Assembly (NCBI RefSeq): GCF_000142905.1 | Contig: NW_013657620.1 | Coordinates: forward strand, 157,319-221,318 | Direction of reading: 5' to 3' | From: Thecamonas trahens ATCC 50062 | Taxonomy: Eukaryota; Protista; Apusomonadida | Length of the DNA: 64,000 bases | Shown here: positions 1 to 10,580 of the stretch, in pieces | Position numbering within the stretch: the stretch's first letter is position 1 | How the letters are laid out: the number at the start of each line of letters is the position of its first letter | Notes under the pieces: model-generated | Told to the model about the DNA's origin: nothing | Database searches by the model: none | The model's input: the letters and a program-made list of their open reading frames with translations, nothing else | Made by a program: the position numbers and the translations under genes

Positions 1-2029
1 GCTGGAGCGTGCGGTGCAGAAGAAGAAGCTCCGTGCGACGGTCAAGGTGGCCATCCGGGAAATGGTGGTGTACTTTGTGTTTCTTACAGTCTTCTCGTTT
101 GTGGTCCTCGGAGCGCGTGACCCGCTGTACTCGTTCCAGTACAATGAGTTTATGAAGGACTTGTTTCTCGCCGAGGAGTTCCCCGAGCCGGACATCTACA
201 AGACCTTTTATGATGTGGCGACGTTTGAAGAGTTCTGGGAGTTTATGCATGATGTCTTTGTACCGGCGCTGTTTGCGGATCAGGGCGGCTTTGGTGAGGG
301 CTACATCTACGGACAGAACGTTCTAGTCGGCGCTGTCCGTTTGAGGCAAGTCCGCGTCTCGCGTGGTCACTGCCAGCCGGAAGGGCCTTTTGGCCGAGTC
401 ATCACCTCAAACGAGTGCTTTGCCCGCTACTCGCGGAGCCTCGGCGATACGGCGAGGTTTGGCCCCGAGCAGCAGTTTGTGTACTCGTCGGCCAAGGAGC
501 TGGACACGGTGCCGCAGCTGGCGCGGCTGCAGCTGTTTGAGGGCGGCGGGTACGTCGAGTACTTTCCGGCCTCGCTACAGCAGGACGAGCATGCGCAGCA
601 CATGCGGGATTTGGAGAACGGGACGTTTGTGGACTTGCAGACACGGGCGCTGTTCATCGACTTTACGACGTACAACACCAACGTCAACCTGTTCCACGTC
701 GCGCAGCTGACGTTTGAGTTTCTGCCGTCGGGCGGCGTCTTTCCCTCGGCCACGTTTCGGGTCATGCGGCTGTACAAGTACAACAACGACGTGTCGGGCA
801 CCATCCAGTTTGTGCTCGAGATGATCCTCATCATCATGGTGCTCGGGTACTTTGTTGAGGAGGTGTGGGAGCTGTATGACACCGGGTGCTGGGAGTATTG
901 GCACAATCTGTGGAACGTCATCGACTGGATCAATCTCCTCCTCTTCCTCGCAGCCTTTTGCGTTCGCATTGCCCTGGTAGCCACGTTTGAGAAGATGAAC
1001 CTCGATCCGCGGGCGACGACGCGGTTCTACAACTTTCAGACGCTCGTCCTCCTCAACTCGGCAGAGAACAACATCCTGGCGTCGAACGCGTTTATCCTCT
1101 GGTTCAAGGTCTACAAGTACACCAAGTTTTTCCCGCCGATGCGGACGGTGTCGGACACGATTGCGCGGTCGATCCAGAACACGATTGGTTTTGTGGCCGT
1201 CGTCATGTTTGTCCTCTTTGGCTTTGCGCAAGCTGGTGTCCTGGCCTTTGGCTCGGACGTGGAAGACTTCCGGTCGTTCATCGACACCTTTTACACGCTC
1301 CTCCGCCTCCTGCTCGGCGACTTTGACTTTGAGACCATGCAGTACTCGAACCGAGTCTTTGGCCCGCTCTACTTTCTGTTCTTTATGGTTGTCGTCTTCT
1401 TTGTCATGCTCTCCATGTTCCTCGCCATCCTCAACGACTCGTACCTGCAGGTCCAAGCCGAGAACAAGGCCCGGTCCGAGAAGGAGCTCAACGTGGTGGA
1501 GGCCTTCCGCGACTGGGTCAACGCCCGCACCGCTTTTCTCCGCAAGCGGCAGGAACGCATCCGCGACTTTTCCGAGAACATTCGCACCGCCGACGCCAAC
1601 GCCGACGCCGTCCTCGATCTCGACGAGCTCCGCCAGGTCTTCAACATGTACGAGGACGAGGCCCGCGAGCTGCTTGGGGTCAACTCGGCCGAGGAGTTGC
1701 TAGCTCGCTTTGACGTCGACGGCAACTCGGTCCTCGACGCTGAGGAGCAGGCCCGCCTCGTCCGCGCCATCGAGCAGTGGAACTCGCGCGCCCAGGCCGA
1801 GACCGACCAAATTGTCGAACTCAACGAGGACATCGACGACCCGACCGTGGCCGGCGTCGACCGGCAGATCGCGCTCTACATGGCCGCCCTCAAGCAGGAC
1901 ATGCGGGTCTTTGCCCGTCTCGAGACCACCGTCGAGCGCAACTTGCTCGCCCTTCTCGACGCCTCGGGCATCGGCCGCGACGCCTACCTCAACGAGATGG
2001 GCACGACCTCGTACTCGAGCGAAGACTAA
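1..2029 (+). CDS. PKD2: Polycystin-2 (TRPP) cation channel, 5' end lies outside the window
   Basis: Open frame from the window edge to TAA 2027-2029. Polycystin TOP-domain motifs (NVLVGAVRLRQVRV, GGGY, TRALFIDFTTYNTNVNLF), six TM segments, pore TLLRLLLGDFDF, S6 MFLAILNDSY, two EF-hand loops (DANADAVLDLDE, DVDGNSVLDAEE). Confidence 0.93.
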   Translation, partial: LERAVQKKKLRATVKVAIREMVVYFVFLTVFSFVVLGARDPLYSFQYNEFMKDLFLAEEFPEPDIYKTFYDVATFEEFWEFMHDVFVPALFADQGGFGEGYIYGQNVLVGAVRLRQVRVSRGHCQPEGPFGRVITSNECFARYSRSLGDTARFGPEQQFVYSSAKELDTVPQLARLQLFEGGGYVEYFPASLQQDEHAQHMRDLENGTFVDLQTRALFIDFTTYNTNVNLFHVAQLTFEFLPSGGVFPSATFRVMRLYKYNNDVSGTIQFVLEMILIIMVLGYFVEEVWELYDTGCWEYWHNLWNVIDWINLLLFLAAFCVRIALVATFEKMNLDPRATTRFYNFQTLVLLNSAENNILASNAFILWFKVYKYTKFFPPMRTVSDTIARSIQNTIGFVAVVMFVLFGFAQAGVLAFGSDVEDFRSFIDTFYTLLRLLLGDFDFETMQYSNRVFGPLYFLFFMVVVFFVMLSMFLAILNDSYLQVQAENKARSEKELNVVEAFRDWVNARTAFLRKRQERIRDFSENIRTADANADAVLDLDELRQVFNMYEDEARELLGVNSAEELLARFDVDGNSVLDAEEQARLVRAIEQWNSRAQAETDQIVELNEDIDDPTVAGVDRQIALYMAALKQDMRVFARLETTVERNLLALLDASGIGRDAYLNEMGTTSYSSED

Positions 2030-2037
2030 AGTGCAGG

Positions 2038-3354
2038 CTACCAGCCGTGGGTGAGCCAAGGCTTGACGCTCGGATCGGCATCGAGTCCGGGCCATGGCTC
2101 GTCAGCATCGAGCTCAGATGCGGTGAGCTGCGAGTGGTCAGTCCCGACAAACGCCGGTGGCCAGTACTGATCGAGGTAGACGCCAAGGAGCTTGGAAAAG
2201 TGCGGATCGCCCGCGGGCGAGGCAGTTGTCCCGTGCGACGGCGCGTATGTGTGTGACGAGAGGATACAGCACGGCTCGTCGTCACGGGTATGGCAGGCTT
2301 TGACGCACGCGTTCCATGCTGTCCCATACGTCGGGAGCGAGATGAGGCCCGGATGGAAGGCGCACCGCGCTGGCGACGAAGACTCGGTCTCGCCGCATCG
2401 GGTGCATGTCCGCAGCGAGGAGGGGTGAGGGACCGGTGACGGTGGGAGCGGTCGCGGCGACGTGAGCGAGTCGTCGCTGAGCGCCATGCTAGGGCTTGAC
2501 GCCGCCGAGAGGTAGCTCTCGAAATCGGAGTGAGGCTCCAAGACGTCGTGGTCGTCACCACTGTCATCGCCGTCCCGCCCGACAGTGGACGTGGACGGCG
2601 AGAGGAGCAGGACGTCGTTGATGATGTCGAGCTGTTGGCCCATGTTGGACAGTTCGTTGCCAACCTCGGCCCGCAGCCGGCCGATCTCGCGCAAGACTGC
2701 GTCCTCCAGCTTGTTGCTGTTGCTGCAGGCAGCGACCTTTGCCCGCCGCCGCCGCGAGCTCTTGACCCGGGTCCGTTTTGGACGACCCCGCGAGGAGCGT
2801 CGCCGGGCCGAAGCCGCTGCAGAGCGTGTGGTCGTGGTCGTCACCGTGTCGCCCGACTCGGTCACGGTCACAGTCTCTGTGCCTGCACGAGAGCCGTCGG
2901 CATGGCGGGCATGATGGCCACGATCACTCCAGCAGCCGGAATGGTCGTAGCCGCACGTAGCAGGAGCAGGAGCAGGCGGAGGCACCGGCACCGGGACAGG
3001 TACAGGTGTGGCTGTAGCCAGAGCCGGGGCTGATCCACGTTGAACAACGACGACGTTCCGGGTAGACAAGCCGGGACGGAGAGAGGGCCGAGCAGAGACA
3101 ACGGGCGGCGGCGATGACGGATGAGGAGGGTGCGGCGAGTGGCGACGATGGAGCGGATGCAGCAGGTGGTGTCTGCCGGCGATCCTGCAACCTGTCCAGA
3201 CAGGGGCACTGGCATCGGACGGGCGTGGTGTGGGACGGGCGGGAGGAGTAGGTGCGGTGGTGGCTGGGGAGCGGGCTACGGGCATGAAGGGTGTCGAGCG
3301 GAGGCGGGTGTGGAGGGGGTGGGGAGCAGCCCCCGGGAGGAGGCGCTGGGTCAT
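2038..3354 (-). CDS. Hypothetical protein: low-complexity N-terminus, short coiled coil, C-terminal Cys/His zinc-binding-like motif
   Basis: Long ORF; coiled coil LEDAVLREIGRLRAEVGNEL; motif CTRC-x10-CAFHPG...W...C...CC...H. Start and exon structure uncertain. Confidence 0.5.
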   Translation of the reverse strand: MTQRLLPGAAPHPLHTRLRSTPFMPVARSPATTAPTPPARPTPRPSDASAPVWTGCRIAGRHHLLHPLHRRHSPHPPHPSSPPPVVSARPSLRPGLSTRNVVVVQRGSAPALATATPVPVPVPVPPPAPAPATCGYDHSGCWSDRGHHARHADGSRAGTETVTVTESGDTVTTTTTRSAAASARRRSSRGRPKRTRVKSSRRRRAKVAACSNSNKLEDAVLREIGRLRAEVGNELSNMGQQLDIINDVLLLSPSTSTVGRDGDDSGDDHDVLEPHSDFESYLSAASSPSMALSDDSLTSPRPLPPSPVPHPSSLRTCTRCGETESSSPARCAFHPGLISLPTYGTAWNACVKACHTRDDEPCCILSSHTYAPSHGTTASPAGDPHFSKLLGVYLDQYWPPAFVGTDHSQLTASELDADEPWPGLDADPSVKPWLTHGW

Positions 3355-3477
3355 GGTGAGGGGGTGGGGTGGTGGTGGTGGTGGTGGTGGTGGTGGTGGT
3401 GGTGGTGGTGGTGGTGGGCGACGGGCAACGGGCAGGCTCTGGGCAGGCACAGAGGCAGGGGAGGGGGGTTGAGGGAT

Positions 3478-5485
3478 TTAGTAGAAGGCGGTAGTGTGGA
3501 GGATGGAGGTCCGCTCACGCTTCTGGAACTTGTTGAGGACCGACTCGAGATCGTCCTCGAGGTCGTCGATGTTCTCGATCTCGTTGATGAGCTTGAGGGT
3601 GACCTGGCCACCGAGGGTGGCGGCCTCCGAGTTATCGACGGTCTCGATGTTGATGACCTGGACCGGGTCCATAGTCTGCGAGCCGCGCTCGAGCAGGTCG
3701 GTGAGGACGGCCTCAAAAACGCGGTTTTCAAAGCAGACAACGACGTCAACCTGGACGTCGGCATCGGCGTGGTTGGCGTGCTGCCACTTCTCGGGCATGG
3801 TCTTGGTGTCGATGTTGCGCTCGAGCATGGCGAGCATGCCGTTGCGGCGGTAGAGCTCCTCGTCCTTGGAGAGGAGGTCCTCGTACACGTCCTTGTACGT
3901 GGCGGTGCCGTACTCGTAGCAGTTGGGCTTGTCGCGCGACGGGCCCGGGATCTTGATCTGCGAGCCGGTGCCAAAGGACGAGACGTTAAAGCCCTTCTTC
4001 TGCAGCACGTAGTGGGCCTCCATGGAACGGTTCATGTTGGAGGCACAGACCATGGTGTAGCGGTACTTTTGCTTCTTGCGCTGCGAGGCCTCGCGGGCCT
4101 CGCGCTCGGCAGCAGCCTCGCGCCGCTTCTCCAGCATCGACGCCATCTGGGCCTTGCGCTCAGCGGCAGCCTTGCGGGCGGCCTCGCGCTTGGCCTCCTG
4201 CTCGCGCAGCTGCTCCTCGCGACGGGCGGCGGCCTCTGCGGCGGCGGCGGCCTCGGCCTCTGCGGCGCGGCGTGCAGCCTCTGCGGCGGCGGCCTTGGCG
4301 GCGGCTTCTGCGGCGGCGCGGGCGGCGGCCTCGGCAGCCTTGGCCTCCTCTGCGGCGGCAGCGAGGCGGGCCTCCTCCTCCTTGCGCTTGCGGGCCTTCT
4401 CGGCCTGCGCGGCGCGCCAGGACCGGATGGCTTCGGCCTTGTCGGCGGCGCGACGGGCCTTGTCGGCCTTGCGCGACTCAACGGCAGAAGTCGACGCCTC
4501 GCCACCGAGCTTCTTGCGGCGCTTGCGAGCGTCGACGTCGAGGAGCGGCTCGCGGACCTCCCACGGCGAGACGCGGTCGTAGTCGGCGCCATCGGCCGGA
4601 GGGTCAAACTCCCCGGTCTCCTCGTTGTACCAGATGACCTGCAGGCACTCCCAGCAGGTGACCGATGGGAGCTTGGCGTGGATGCGGCCAAGGTACCAGG
4701 TGTCGTCGAACTTTTGCTCAACCTCGTCGTCCTTCAGCCACGCAGTGTGGATCGACGACTCGTACAGGGCGTAGGGAATGATAAAGTCCGGCTCTGACGC
4801 ATTCCTATCCAGCGAGATCATCAACCGGTTGGCCTCCTCCCCTCCGCCCGTCACATAGTCATCGTCGTCCGGATGGATGTCCAGCACCACCTGGGTGTGA
4901 TTCTCCGCCACCGAGGTGATGGCTACCACTGTCGCATGCACCATGTCGAGTTTGCGCAGGCCATTCTGTGTGCATGGGTATGTGTGTGTTAGTATGTATG
5001 TATGTATGTATGTGTGTGTATGTATGTGTGTGTGTGTGTGTATGTATGTATGCATGTATGTGTGTGTGTGTGTGTATGTGTGTGGCATGGGTGCGTCAAG
5101 TCGCCTTGGGTTGTGGCGGGGGAGGGAGACGGGGGGGGGGATGGGCATGGTGGCAGCGGGAGAAGTACTGGGCAGGGGAGTGTATAAACAAGGACAGGGG
5201 GTGGACGGGGTAGAGGAGCAGGTGTGGGGCAGGTATGGGTATGTGTGCGGTATGTGTGAGGCACAGGGTAGAGGTGGGAAGGGCAGGGCAGGGGGGAGGG
5301 GGCGGAGGGTGTACCTTTGTGTCGGCGGCAAAGTGGTCGGTGTGCTTGGCATGGCCCTCCTGGATGTACACCACTTCAAGGCCAGGACGGAGCTTGGGGA
5401 AGAGGTCTCCGTCAGGTGCAAAGACCTCATCACGGCCCCCGTTGCCGTCTTGGTTGTTCTCGCGCTTCCGCTTCTTGTTGTCCAT
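3478..5485 (-). CDS. SSU72: Fusion protein: BRWD/PHIP cryptic-Tudor (ARF ancillary-like) domain, EAAAR helical linker, Ssu72 CTD phosphatase; join(5485..5315, 4965..3478)
   Basis: C-terminal Ssu72 catalytic motif VCASNMNRSMEAH and SFGTGSQIKIPGP. N-terminal motifs PGLEVVYIQEGH, PDFII, DDTWYLGRI, WECLQVIW, DRVSPWEV. Phase-0 intron 5314..4966 (GTACAC...CAG). A further upstream exon is possible because a CAG lies just before the ATG. Confidence 0.88.
4967..5084. repeat. (TG)n/(TATG)n microsatellite inside the Ssu72-fusion intron
   Basis: tgtgtgtg/tatgtatg runs seen directly. Confidence 0.95.
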
Positions 5486-5692
5486 TCTGTGGGGTGTGTG
5501 CAGCGCACAGAGAGGAAGGGAGAGAGAGAGAGAGGGGTGCCGCCTAGTGGTAGTGGTAGCGGTCGGGCGGAGTGGCAGGCGGTGGCTGGCAGGCTGACTG
5601 CTCGGTCATCCACACTGGAGCAGTGGTATGGGTCTGATGGCTTTTCATGGCTTTCATGGTGGGGGTTAGTTCGTGGGGAGGGGGAGGGCGGC

Positions 5693-7193
5693 TTAGCCGC
5701 GCTTGGTTGAGGCGACCGATGGGCGACGCGAGACAGAGCCGCGGCGACCGGGCATGGTGCGGAGGGCGCGGGCGCCGGGCGCAACCGAATGGCGACGGCC
5801 CTGGGAGCGCATGCCCGGCGGGAGAGCCGATGGGGCCGTCGGCTTGGGCGCGCGCTCTTCCTCGGCGGCAGCACTGTCCTCCTCCTCATCACGGACGACG
5901 GCGACGCCATCGAGGCGCTTAAGGCGCGGCAGGCGCTCCAGAGCCATGGCGCGATAGTCGGCTCCGTCCTCGGTCAGCTTGGCCTCGAGCGGGTTGCCGA
6001 GGAATTCCAGATCCTCCAGCTCGGGAAGCTCGATGAGGTACTCAAACTGCGACCAGTCCTTGACCTTGTTGTAGCGGATGTACAGCTGCTTGATCTTCTT
6101 GCACAGCCGGATGCCCACCAGCCGCTCGATCGAGTTGTACGAGATCCACAGATTCTGCAGCGTGCCTGAAATCGGCTCGAGATTCTCCAGTTTCTTGATG
6201 TTGTTCCGCGAGAGCGAGAGCGTCACAATGTTGTGCAAGCCGGACAAGTGCGAGATCTTCTCGATCGCGTTGGTCGACAGCGCCAGATGCTTGACCGCCG
6301 TCAGCGTCGACAGGTTCGAGTCCATCGCACGAATAGGTGGCAGCTGCATGTACAGCTTGACCACCTCGGCGTCCGACGCCGACACCCCATGCTTCTTCTC
6401 CTACTCACGCCAACTCGCGGTTAGTCGTCGTTCACACCCTCGCAGCCTCCCACCCCCGCCCCCTGCCCACCCCCACACCATCACGTACCCACAGCATGAT
6501 CGCCTGCTTGATTGTGGTATACTGCTTGCGCGACGATGCCTGTTACCCCACACGCGCAGCCCCCAAGGAGAGCGAGTACCGCCACCACGACCAGGTCCAC
6601 AACCCAGACAAAGACCACGACGCCGCCAGAGCCACCAAACACCACACCAAGCACCACCCACCAACAGTCATGTGAGTACCACCTACCGTCCCCTCCCTCC
6701 CCCCCTGACCACTGCTTCCCCTTCCCCTCCCCCTTCCACGCCTTGGCGCCCAACGGCTGTCACCAAANNNNNNNNNNNNNNNNNNNNNNNNNNNNNNNNN
6801 NNNNNNNNNNNNNNNNNNNNNNNNNNNNNNNNNNNNNNNNNNNNNNNNNNNNNNNNNNNNNNNNNNNNNNNNNNNNNNNNNNNNNNNNNNNNNNNNNNNN
6901 NNNNNNNNNNNNNNNNNNNNNNNNNNNNNNNNNNNNNNNNNNNNNNNNNNNNNNNNNNNNNNNNNNNNNNNNNNNNNNNNNNNNNNNNNNNNNNNNNNNN
7001 NNNNNNNNNNNNNNNNNNNNNNNNNNNNNNNNNNNNNNNNNNNNNNNNNNNNNNNNNNNNNNNNNNNNNNNNNNNNNNNNNNNNNNNNNNNNNNNNNNNN
7101 NNNNNNNNNNNNNNNNNNNNNNNNNNNNNNNNNNNNNNNNNNNACCCCCCCCACACACACTCTCTCTATCCCTCTCACTACTATCCGTACCAT
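5693..7193 (-). CDS. DNAL1: Axonemal outer-arm dynein light chain 1 (LRR); join(7193..7191, 6539..6489, 6400..5693)
   Basis: Spliced protein M-ASSRKQYTTIKQAIMLW-EKKHGVSASDAEVVKLYMQLPPIRAMD...KHLALSTNAIEKI...LWISYNSI...GNPL matches LC1. Donors GTACGG (7190) and GTACGT (6488); branch point ACTAAC before the acceptor at 6402-6401. The first intron spans an N gap. Confidence 0.92.
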
Positions 7194-7750
7194 GGCTGCT
7201 ATTCGCAACTCGGTCGAGTGCGGTGGCAATGGCCAGGCCAAGGCTGGGCTCGTCGGTCAAGTCCACCACCTGCTCTCCTGCCCATGTCGCCAAACGCAAA
7301 TCGTCCTCTCGTTCCCTCCGCTCTCCCTCCGTTCACCCGCTCCTCCCGGTTTGCCCAGTTTGCTCGCTCCCCCCCCCCCCCCCCCCCCCTTCCCGTTTGC
7401 CCCTGGCTATTCGCTCGCTCGTTCGACTGCTTCTGCTTGACGACGGAGAGGCATTTTGATCGAGCTGTACACTAAAACTAGCCTCGGCTTGTACTTTCCA
7501 GATGATCCCCACCACATACGCTTGTGCGGATCAATCAAAGGGTTGATGGTACCCCCCCTCGTGACATGGATGCCCCATCGCTTATCGGTTGGCTGGTTGT
7601 GGTATGGCTGTGCTGTTAGGAAATCATTGTCAGACAAAATATTTTTCGGCTGGCCTCTCCCCCACGCATGCGTCTCGTGGGCTCAGCTCATTGGTGGGAC
7701 AGCCAAGTCTCTGGGCGAGTCGCACTCGACTCGTATATCTGTAAGCAAAC

Positions 7751-8938
7751 ATGACGCCTCGATACGATGGTGAGAACATTCTCGCTGTCATCATGAGGCG
7801 CGAGGGCTCGGTCTTTTTCAAGCGCAACGTGCTGGGCGTATCGGCCGTGGCCACCATGGTGGCGCTTGCCACTTGCGCCATTGTCCTGCCACTCGAAGGC
7901 GTGTCTGACAGCGAGGACGACGCCGTCATCCGCCCGGAGCTCCACGCCATGGTCGGTTTTGGCCTCACCTTCCTGCTCTCGTTCCGGGCCTCGATCGCGT
8001 ATGGACGGTACTTTGAAGGCCTCACGGCGTTGACAAGCATGCGGTCTGCAGTGACCAATGGCATCTCCATGACACTCGGCGCCATGCCCAACACGCCACA
8101 GCGGCGCGACGTCATTCTCCTCTTCCGCATCCTCTACCAGTCGATGTCCAACGTGCTGCAGGGTACATGCGGCCTCGACTACCTCGCGCCCGATCTCATC
8201 GAGCCGGCCACCTCTTTTGGCCTCACCGTGGTCCCGCCGACCGAGTGGCCGTCGGTCGTCTCGTCGCTCCTCAACCAGCGGCTGCTGATCCAAGACATGG
8301 CCGCGCCGTCGCAGGAGGACGTCAAGCGCCTCAACTTTTTCCGCCACACCTCGAGGCTCTATGACGCCGCCTCCACCGCCATCGACGCCTTCCACTCAGG
8401 AACCCGGGTCTCGGCCACCCAGATGCCTTTCCCTTTCGTTCAGACGCTTTACGTCATCCTGATTGTTTTCCTTTTGACGCTGCCGCTTACTCTTGTCCGG
8501 TCGCTTGGCTGGCTCACCCCGGTTGCTCTCCTTCTCATCTCAGTTGCCTTTTCCTCGATTGACGCCATCGCCGCAGAGCTCGACGAGCCGTTTGGGACGG
8601 ACGCCAACGATCTCGATCTCGATTTGGTCGAGCACGAGTTCCACACCACCATCGCCACCATGGTCGCCACTATCGAGGGTGTTGAGGACCAGTTGGCCGC
8701 AAACTACCGTGCCAACCTGCCGAACTTCGCGCTCAGCGGCGATGCCTTGACTGGCAAGGCGAACCAGGCTGGAGCCACCCATGCTGCTGCTGCCGACGCC
8801 AAGCCAGCGCCACCAACCACGCCCATGACACCGCATCGTGACCCGCTCTCGGAGTTTACTGATGACGGATCCATGTACGAAGAGTACGACGATTTCGCCT
8901 CGGTCTCCACTGGCGCCCACAACGACTCCCACGTTTAG
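7751..8938 (+). CDS. Bestrophin, bacterial/UPF0187-type anion channel, copy 1
   Basis: LLSFRASIAYGRYFEG, TQMPFPF and IDAIAAELDEPFGTDANDLDL motifs; 4 TM segments. Confidence 0.88.
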   Translation: MTPRYDGENILAVIMRREGSVFFKRNVLGVSAVATMVALATCAIVLPLEGVSDSEDDAVIRPELHAMVGFGLTFLLSFRASIAYGRYFEGLTALTSMRSAVTNGISMTLGAMPNTPQRRDVILLFRILYQSMSNVLQGTCGLDYLAPDLIEPATSFGLTVVPPTEWPSVVSSLLNQRLLIQDMAAPSQEDVKRLNFFRHTSRLYDAASTAIDAFHSGTRVSATQMPFPFVQTLYVILIVFLLTLPLTLVRSLGWLTPVALLLISVAFSSIDAIAAELDEPFGTDANDLDLDLVEHEFHTTIATMVATIEGVEDQLAANYRANLPNFALSGDALTGKANQAGATHAAAADAKPAPPTTPMTPHRDPLSEFTDDGSMYEEYDDFASVSTGAHNDSHV

Positions 8939-9228
8939 TGGCGCCATCGGCCTCCCGCACTTGTCCTATGATGCTCTGGCCCGCCAACATTGCTCCATCT
9001 TGCGCCAACTCCAACCCGCACCAAGCCGCGCCACAACCAGCTCCGTGCTGCTACGTGGCAAACCGGCACCCACGTGGGTTCGCGCCTTTTGAGCGATGTT
9101 TGCACACGGCCTGCAAGGACGAAGCTTCCTGTCCACGCGGGTACGCTGAATGAGCCACACTTCACCCGCACATACCTCCCGTCCACCCCTCTCGTACATA
9201 TTCAACCTTACACATACACAACATGCAC

Positions 9229-10461
9229 ATGATTCCGTTGTACAACGCCAAGAGCATCCCCTCGGTTATTTTTCGCCGCAAAGGCTCAGTCTTTTTCTCG
9301 TCACGCGTCTTGGGCGTCACGGCGGTCTCCACACTCGTCGCCATCGCCACCTGCCTGGCAGTCCTTAACACGGCTGGCGCCAGTTCGGACGATGAGCAAG
9401 CGCTCATCCGACCCGAGCTGCATGCCCTTGTCGGCTTTGGCCTCACCTTCTTGCTCTCCTTCCGGGCCTCGATTGCCTACGGATGCTACTTTGAGGGCCT
9501 CACCGCGGCGACGGCAATGCGAGCGGCGGTGACCAACGGCGTGGGCATGGCACTCGGCTCGTTGCCAGACACCGCCCAGCGCAGCGACATTGTGGTGCTC
9601 TTCCGCATCCTCCATCAGTCGATGTGCAACGTGCTGCGTGGCGTCACCGGGCTGGACTACCTCGCCCGCGATCTTGTCCAACCGGCGGTCGACTTTGGCC
9701 TCGCCGCCGCGGCGCCCCAGACCTGGCCAGCAGCCGCAGCGGCGCTCATCAAGCAGCGGCTTCTCATCCGCGACTTGGACGCACCAACCGATGCCGACTT
9801 GAAGCGCATCAACTTCTACCGCAACGTCTCGCGGCTGTACGACGCAGTCGGCACGGCGATGGAGGCGTACCTTGCCGCTTCGCGGGTCTCTTCCACCCAG
9901 ATGCCGTTCCCGTTCGTCCAAGCGCTCTACGTCATTCTCGTAGTCTTTCTCGTCACCCTTCCGCTCACCATTGTCCGCGCCCTCGGTTGGCTCACACCTG
10001 TTGCCCTCTTTATGATCTCGGCGGCGTTTGCGTCCATCGATGCCATCGCCGCCGAGCTCGACGAGCCTTTTGGCGACGAGGCCAACAACCTCGATCTCGG
10101 CCGCTCCGAGGCCGCCCTTACCGACGACATCACAACCATGACTCTCGCCGTCAAGTCGGTCGAGTCGACGCTGTACACGCGGCTCAAAACGCAGTCCAAG
10201 CCACTCACACCCACACCTGCTCCTTTGCCAGCAGACCTTGTCGTGCCCATGCCGACGATCTCTTGCCCAGACGCCAGCTCCGGCGGCGATGAGAGCCATC
10301 TTCCCGTCACGCCCATCACGCCGCACGAGTTGACCTCCCAGCCGATGCACTCGGACTCGTATGCCCCGCGCGGTCTGACGTCTTCGCTCTCTGACGTACA
10401 AACTTCGGTCTCGTCATCATCCTTCTCCTCCTCCGGCCTCGGCACCATCCTCGAGGTCTGA
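9229..10461 (+). CDS. Bestrophin, bacterial/UPF0187-type anion channel, copy 2 (tandem paralogue)
   Basis: Same motifs as copy 1 (LLSFRASIAYGCYFEG, IDAIAAELDEPFGDEANNLDL); collinear with copy 1. ATG 9229 aligns with the copy 1 start. Confidence 0.88.
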   Translation: MIPLYNAKSIPSVIFRRKGSVFFSSRVLGVTAVSTLVAIATCLAVLNTAGASSDDEQALIRPELHALVGFGLTFLLSFRASIAYGCYFEGLTAATAMRAAVTNGVGMALGSLPDTAQRSDIVVLFRILHQSMCNVLRGVTGLDYLARDLVQPAVDFGLAAAAPQTWPAAAAALIKQRLLIRDLDAPTDADLKRINFYRNVSRLYDAVGTAMEAYLAASRVSSTQMPFPFVQALYVILVVFLVTLPLTIVRALGWLTPVALFMISAAFASIDAIAAELDEPFGDEANNLDLGRSEAALTDDITTMTLAVKSVESTLYTRLKTQSKPLTPTPAPLPADLVVPMPTISCPDASSGGDESHLPVTPITPHELTSQPMHSDSYAPRGLTSSLSDVQTSVSSSSFSSSGLGTILEV

Positions 10462-10580
10462 CTGCCGTCATCAGTCCGCTGGCTCTGTCTACGGCCTTTT
10501 CCTGCACATACCCACGCTATCCACTTGCGGATGCGACAGGGATCAAAGCTGTTGACAGGGACCTTGCCAGCCTGGATTAA

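Noticed and set aside
3121-4797. Long antisense ORFs (also 15164-16288, 30240-31433 and others)
   Set aside because: Expected from high GC3 codon bias opposite real genes.
4916-5710. Cys/Val-rich ORFs such as MCVCVC (also 36049-36135)
   Set aside because: Translations of intronic (TG)n microsatellites.
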